Of a DNA stretch of 10,953 nucleotides, positions 7,673-10,953 are shown in pieces (position 1 is the first letter of the stretch; every line of letters starts with the position of its first letter). The stretch covers positions 1 through 10,953 of the forward strand of contig JAUSGI010000003.1 in assembly GCA_030649135.1 (NCBI GenBank), given 5' to 3'. A program made the translations under genes and the position numbers. Below the pieces are notes generated by a model. That model searched no databases. It was not told the DNA's origin and saw only the letters and a list, made by a program, of their open reading frames with translations. The DNA comes from a bacterium. Its GTDB lineage: Bacteria; Patescibacteriota; Minisyncoccia; Phycocordibacterales; Zambryskibacteraceae.

Positions 7673-9066
7673 CGGAGAAAACTTTTGTTCGGAAGAACTC
7701 TTATGTAGATATCTATGACAGCCGGACTTTTCCTACAGATTTTAGTGGCGATTTGGTTATAAATACCGTTGAGTTCGTTCGTTGAGGGAGCGAAGTAAGC
7801 CTCGGCCGTGGTGGTTGCCAGCGTTTGCAAAAGATTCTTGTTCACATTCTTGCCGAGTCCAATGGTGTAGATACTGATGCCATCCTGCCGAGCCAACCTC
7901 GCGGATTCTACGGCATAAGTTTCAGGATAATTGCCCACCCCCGCTTTTATCGGCAAAGTTGGTATCCCGTCTGTTAAAAGTACCAAGGCCTTACCGGCCT
8001 TCTCGCGGTGACGAGTGGAATTTAATTCTTCCCTGGCAGCCAGGATGCCCGCACCGATGTTTGTATTCTGAATGGTGGTGGTGGCAATCGAAATATTAGT
8101 AATGGCCTGTCGAATAGTGTCGATATTTACACTAAACGCCGCATCAACCGGTGTACTTGCTTCGTTGGCAAAAGATATCAGGGAATGGCGGTCATTCTTA
8201 CCAAGATGGTTGATAAAGTAGAGCGCGGTATTCTTTACATCAGTTAGTGGTTGGGGCGGATTGGCTCCCAAATCATCCATACTGCCGGAGCGGTCGATAA
8301 CCAAAGCCACATCTACGGGAAAGCCACAGATATCTTCCTTAATCTTAAAGGGTTCTGACCAGTTAAAGACGACGGGTGTTAGACCCCCCCCGAGAAGATT
8401 CTCCACAAAAGTTTTGGCAGCCGCTATGAGGTTGCCGTCCTCCCCCGACACCAATGCCGTAAGTTCAATGTTGGCAGCCGAGCCCAGGGAATTGTTTACC
8501 AAGACGGCATCAATTCTCGGGTTGCTATCTCTACTGGTAAGAGCGGCATTTTTTACCGACAAGTCTATTGCCGTCTGGGTATTCTTCTGCCAGACAAACG
8601 CGTCTGTCTGCCACTCGAGTGTGGCCCGGACAGGCCGCCACTCTCCCATGTCCAGAGGACCTTCAAAGATAATAAAAGTATCACTCTTGGGTACAAAGGC
8701 CTCCGACTCTATGACACGAACGGGGGCCAAGGATGATTCTTCAAACAGTTTGAGAATATAGCGAGCATGATAAATCTCGGCAGTGACATTAGGGTTCTCT
8801 ACTACGGCCACTACCGCGTAGAGACTCGGCCCTAGCTCTAGCACTCGCGGGTCACCCTTGAGAATAAGCGGCAGAGACTGGGCAGTACAGAGAAGCTGGC
8901 ATGACCCGCCGCAGTCAATACCGGTTTCATCGCCATTTTGTTTTAGGTCACTGCAAGTTGGTGCTCTATAGAATAAGTAAAAAACGGGTACGCCAACAAA
9001 TATGATAAGGGTGAGAACCACAATAGAAAAAATAATTCTCTTACGCCCTACAGACCATTGATTCAT
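7669..9066 (-). CDS. Membrane-anchored von Willebrand factor type A (VWA) domain protein
   Basis: 465 aa. N-terminal TM helix, a Cys-rich segment (CSDLKQNGDETGIDCGGSCQLLC), a central domain I could not assign, and a C-terminal VWA domain with the MIDAS motif DRSGSMDD and LVLLTDGIPT. Translationally coupled to the SEDS gene. Confidence 0.75.
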   Translation of the reverse strand: MNQWSVGRKRIIFSIVVLTLIIFVGVPVFYLFYRAPTCSDLKQNGDETGIDCGGSCQLLCTAQSLPLILKGDPRVLELGPSLYAVVAVVENPNVTAEIYHARYILKLFEESSLAPVRVIESEAFVPKSDTFIIFEGPLDMGEWRPVRATLEWQTDAFVWQKNTQTAIDLSVKNAALTSRDSNPRIDAVLVNNSLGSAANIELTALVSGEDGNLIAAAKTFVENLLGGGLTPVVFNWSEPFKIKEDICGFPVDVALVIDRSGSMDDLGANPPQPLTDVKNTALYFINHLGKNDRHSLISFANEASTPVDAAFSVNIDTIRQAITNISIATTTIQNTNIGAGILAAREELNSTRHREKAGKALVLLTDGIPTLPIKAGVGNYPETYAVESARLARQDGISIYTIGLGKNVNKNLLQTLATTTAEAYFAPSTNELNGIYNQIATKICRKSPAVIDIYIRVLPNKSFLR

Positions 9067-9223
9067 AAGTTAATTTTAGCAGAGTTGGGGCAAACAAAAA
9101 GCCCCATGTATAAGCGGACTTTTTGTCTGCCGTCACAGGGCCTTAACCTCTAGAAACCCCTAGAACTCCGGATCGTGCTTCGCCCGCCACTCGATCTCGG
9201 CTAGGAGAAATTAAAATCAAGTA

Positions 9224-9334
9224 CTCTGTGCTAGCGCCTAGCTACTTTTGCCTTGCGACTATCATCGCCTCAACTGGGCTTAACTTCCGTGTTCGGAATG
9301 AGAACGGGTGGGACCCCGGCGACGAAGCACCAGA
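9224..9334 (-). rRNA. rrf: 5S rRNA (boundaries approximate, ±5 nt)
   Basis: The minus strand reads GGTCCCACCCGTTCTCATTCCGAACACGGAAGTTAAGCCCAGTTGAGGCGATGATAGT, matching the 5S loop B/helix III and loop C consensus (CCGAACACGGAAGTTAAGC, GATGGTAGT). The terminal helix pairs GUGCU with AGCAC. Confidence 0.8.
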
Positions 9335-9381
9335 ACATAAGGTTCGAATTTGTTTAAGTTGATTTCATTTAGCAGGACAGA

Positions 9382-9447
9382 GATACGAATTGTTACGAAT
9401 ATGATCGAATAGATTCGTATCATTCGATTGGATTCGCGTAAATTCGT
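9382..9447. repeat. 23S-5S spacer array. Three CGAAT motifs at about 10-nt spacing are followed by four ATTCG motifs at about 10-nt spacing, including a 9-bp inverted repeat GATACGAAT/ATTCGTATC (9382-9390 and 9413-9421).
   Basis: Read directly from the sequence tacgaattgttacgaatatgatcgaatagattcgtatcattcgattggattcgcgtaaattcgtgta. Confidence 0.5.
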
Positions 9448-9454
9448 GTAGTGA

Positions 9455-9695
9455 TTTCGAAGTTTCCTAATAGAATTCGGGCAATTAGTACGCCTCGGCT
9501 CAACACCTTGCGGTGCTTACACCTAGCGCCTATCAACCTGGTCATCTCCCAGGGCCCTAATAACGATTCCTAATCTTGGGGTTGGCTTCATTCTTAGATG
9601 CTTTCAGAATTTATCCGTGCCCGACTTAGCTACCCTGCGGTGCCCTTGGCAGGACAGCAGGTACACCAGAGGTCGGTTCAACTCGGTCCTCTCGT
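9455..9695 (-). rRNA. rrl: 23S rRNA, 3' exon (E. coli ~2657 to the 3' end). The 3' terminus is approximate.
   Basis: The minus strand starts ACGAGAGGACCGAGTTGAACCGACCTCTGGTG (the sarcin-ricin loop onward), continues through CTGAAAGCATCTAAG, and ends near GTACTAAT. Confidence 0.85.
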
Positions 9696-10491
9696 CGCGT
9701 CATTCCCCTATCACTAGGAGCGCAGACTATATCTTCACCCAAACATTTTAAAATGTTTTAGGGTGTTGGCGTATTACTTGCATATGCTGTCGTTTTCAAT
9801 GAAACGATTCCTCATTATGCAAGTCTGCCGGCTTTCACCGACAAGTCGTTACGGGGTCAAACCCAACATCTCTAACAATTCGTTTTTAGACCGCTTTTTC
9901 TTAGTAACATAATTTTCTTCTTGAATTACTAAGATAAGATCAGCTAAAACGAGTAGTTGCTTATTTATGAGTCGTCTCCGTTTGGCTAGAGAAAGAATTT
10001 CACAGGCTTTACGTAAAGCAATAGCCTGAAGTTTCTTGAAACGAATGTATGGCATAAGTGCTTTGAGTATATCTCGCACTTGTACGAATCCATTTATTCT
10101 TAATTCGGTCATTCCATCATTTCTTTTGGAAAGGTACCCGATACCAAGAATTTCTCTAACCCACATTAACGGCTTTTCATGTCGAGTGTCTTGATAGAAG
10201 CAAATGGTCGGCATAAAACGCCTTTTAAGCGCGCCGTCCTTACGCTTCTTGATTTGAAGCATTAAGCTTCCGTCTCCATCAAGAAACCCAGCAATATAAG
10301 CAAGATGATTGGATCGACTTCCCACGGTATTGTCTTGTGTTTTTCTGGTCCTCAAGTAAGTTTATACTTACCATTGTACCACTGCCTACGGACTAGGCCG
10401 GCAATAGTTATCAACAGACCAAACGTCCACAAGATTTCACCGTTATTAGCCACTTTGTCATCACAAATTACTTCGTGAAGTAGCAAAATTT
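9696..10491 (-). mobile_element. Group I self-splicing intron (about 796 nt) in the 23S rRNA, carrying a LAGLIDADG homing endonuclease ORF
   Basis: Exon continuity: ...GAGGGGATTTGACTCTAGU | intron | ACGAGAGGACC... restores the universal SRL sequence. The 5' exon ends in U and the intron ends in G (GACGCG). The P7 3' strand/S element AAGAUAUAGUCUGC (revcomp of 9722-9736) pairs with GCAGACU about 60 nt upstream. There is a P8-like hairpin CGUUU..AAACG, and a P9 hairpin UCCUA-GUGA-UAGGG with a GNRA tetraloop just before the 3' splice site. Confidence 0.75.
9849..10355 (-). CDS. LAGLIDADG homing endonuclease, single-motif and I-CreI-like, encoded in the intron. TTG start with an in-frame TAA 3 codons upstream.
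   Basis: 168 aa. LAYIAGFLDGDGSL motif at residues 18-31. Basic C-terminal region. Located in a peripheral loop upstream of P7. Confidence 0.8.
   Translation of the reverse strand: MRTRKTQDNTVGSRSNHLAYIAGFLDGDGSLMLQIKKRKDGALKRRFMPTICFYQDTRHEKPLMWVREILGIGYLSKRNDGMTELRINGFVQVRDILKALMPYIRFKKLQAIALRKACEILSLAKRRRLINKQLLVLADLILVIQEENYVTKKKRSKNELLEMLGLTP

Positions 10492-10953
<462 letters not shown>

Noticed and set aside
9067-9221. Candidate terminator hairpins (GGGGC-N9-GCCCC at ~9081-9099, and GCGGAC-TTTTT-GTCTGC at ~9107-9123) between the 5S and the VWA gene
   Set aside because: The stems are short and lack a convincing U-tract on the minus strand. Read-through from 5S into VWA-SEDS cannot be excluded, so I did not call a terminator.
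9341-9350. GGTTCGAAT, a tRNA T-loop-like motif in the 23S-5S spacer
   Set aside because: No acceptor, D or anticodon stems can be built around it. It is part of the CGAAT repeat array.
9711-9722. CTCCTAGTGA near the intron 3' end resembles the 5' exon junction (CTCCTAGTA). I considered an exon duplication, target-site duplication, or a mis-assigned splice site.
   Set aside because: It forms the P9 hairpin UCCUA-GUGA-UAGGG with a GNRA loop directly after the P7 3' strand. Moving the splice site would insert 15 nt into the invariant sarcin-ricin loop.

Overview
This 10.95-kb window is bounded by rRNA genes on the minus strand, with eight protein-coding genes between them. It looks like a small, streamlined bacterial genome, probably Candidate Phyla Radiation/Patescibacteria-like, based on a divergent 16S '338' signature, rRNA genes separated by protein genes, and a 23S intron carrying a homing endonuclease.

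Feature layout, left to right:
- Positions 1-418 (minus) hold the 5' ~415 nt of a 16S rRNA gene, with a near-consensus sigma70-like promoter, a boxA-like motif and a leader hairpin directly upstream.
- secF and secD follow on the minus strand, then a WbaP-like polyprenyl-phosphate sugar phosphotransferase.
- A short PaaX-family-like regulator gene sits on the plus strand, exactly bracketed by two 36-bp direct repeats that each carry a -10-like hexamer.
- Next come a 26-nt perfect palindromic terminator, a stand-alone CheY-like receiver protein (minus) and a GT4 glycosyltransferase (plus).
- An operon of a membrane-anchored von Willebrand factor A (VWA) protein and a FtsW/RodA-type (SEDS) peptidoglycan glycosyltransferase lies on the minus strand, with a 4-bp start/stop overlap.
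- The right end carries a 5S rRNA and the 3' ~0.7 kb of a 23S rRNA, both on the minus strand.

Two points stand out:
- The 23S gene is interrupted by a ~796-nt group I intron encoding a single-motif LAGLIDADG homing endonuclease. I recognised P7, P8 and a GNRA-capped P9 in it. By my alignment to E. coli numbering the intron sits inside the sarcin-ricin loop, between U2656 and A2657, which is an unusual site.
- The rRNA gene order is non-canonical: on the minus strand it reads 23S, 5S, about 9 kb of protein genes, then 16S.

I found no CRISPR array, tRNA or transposase.
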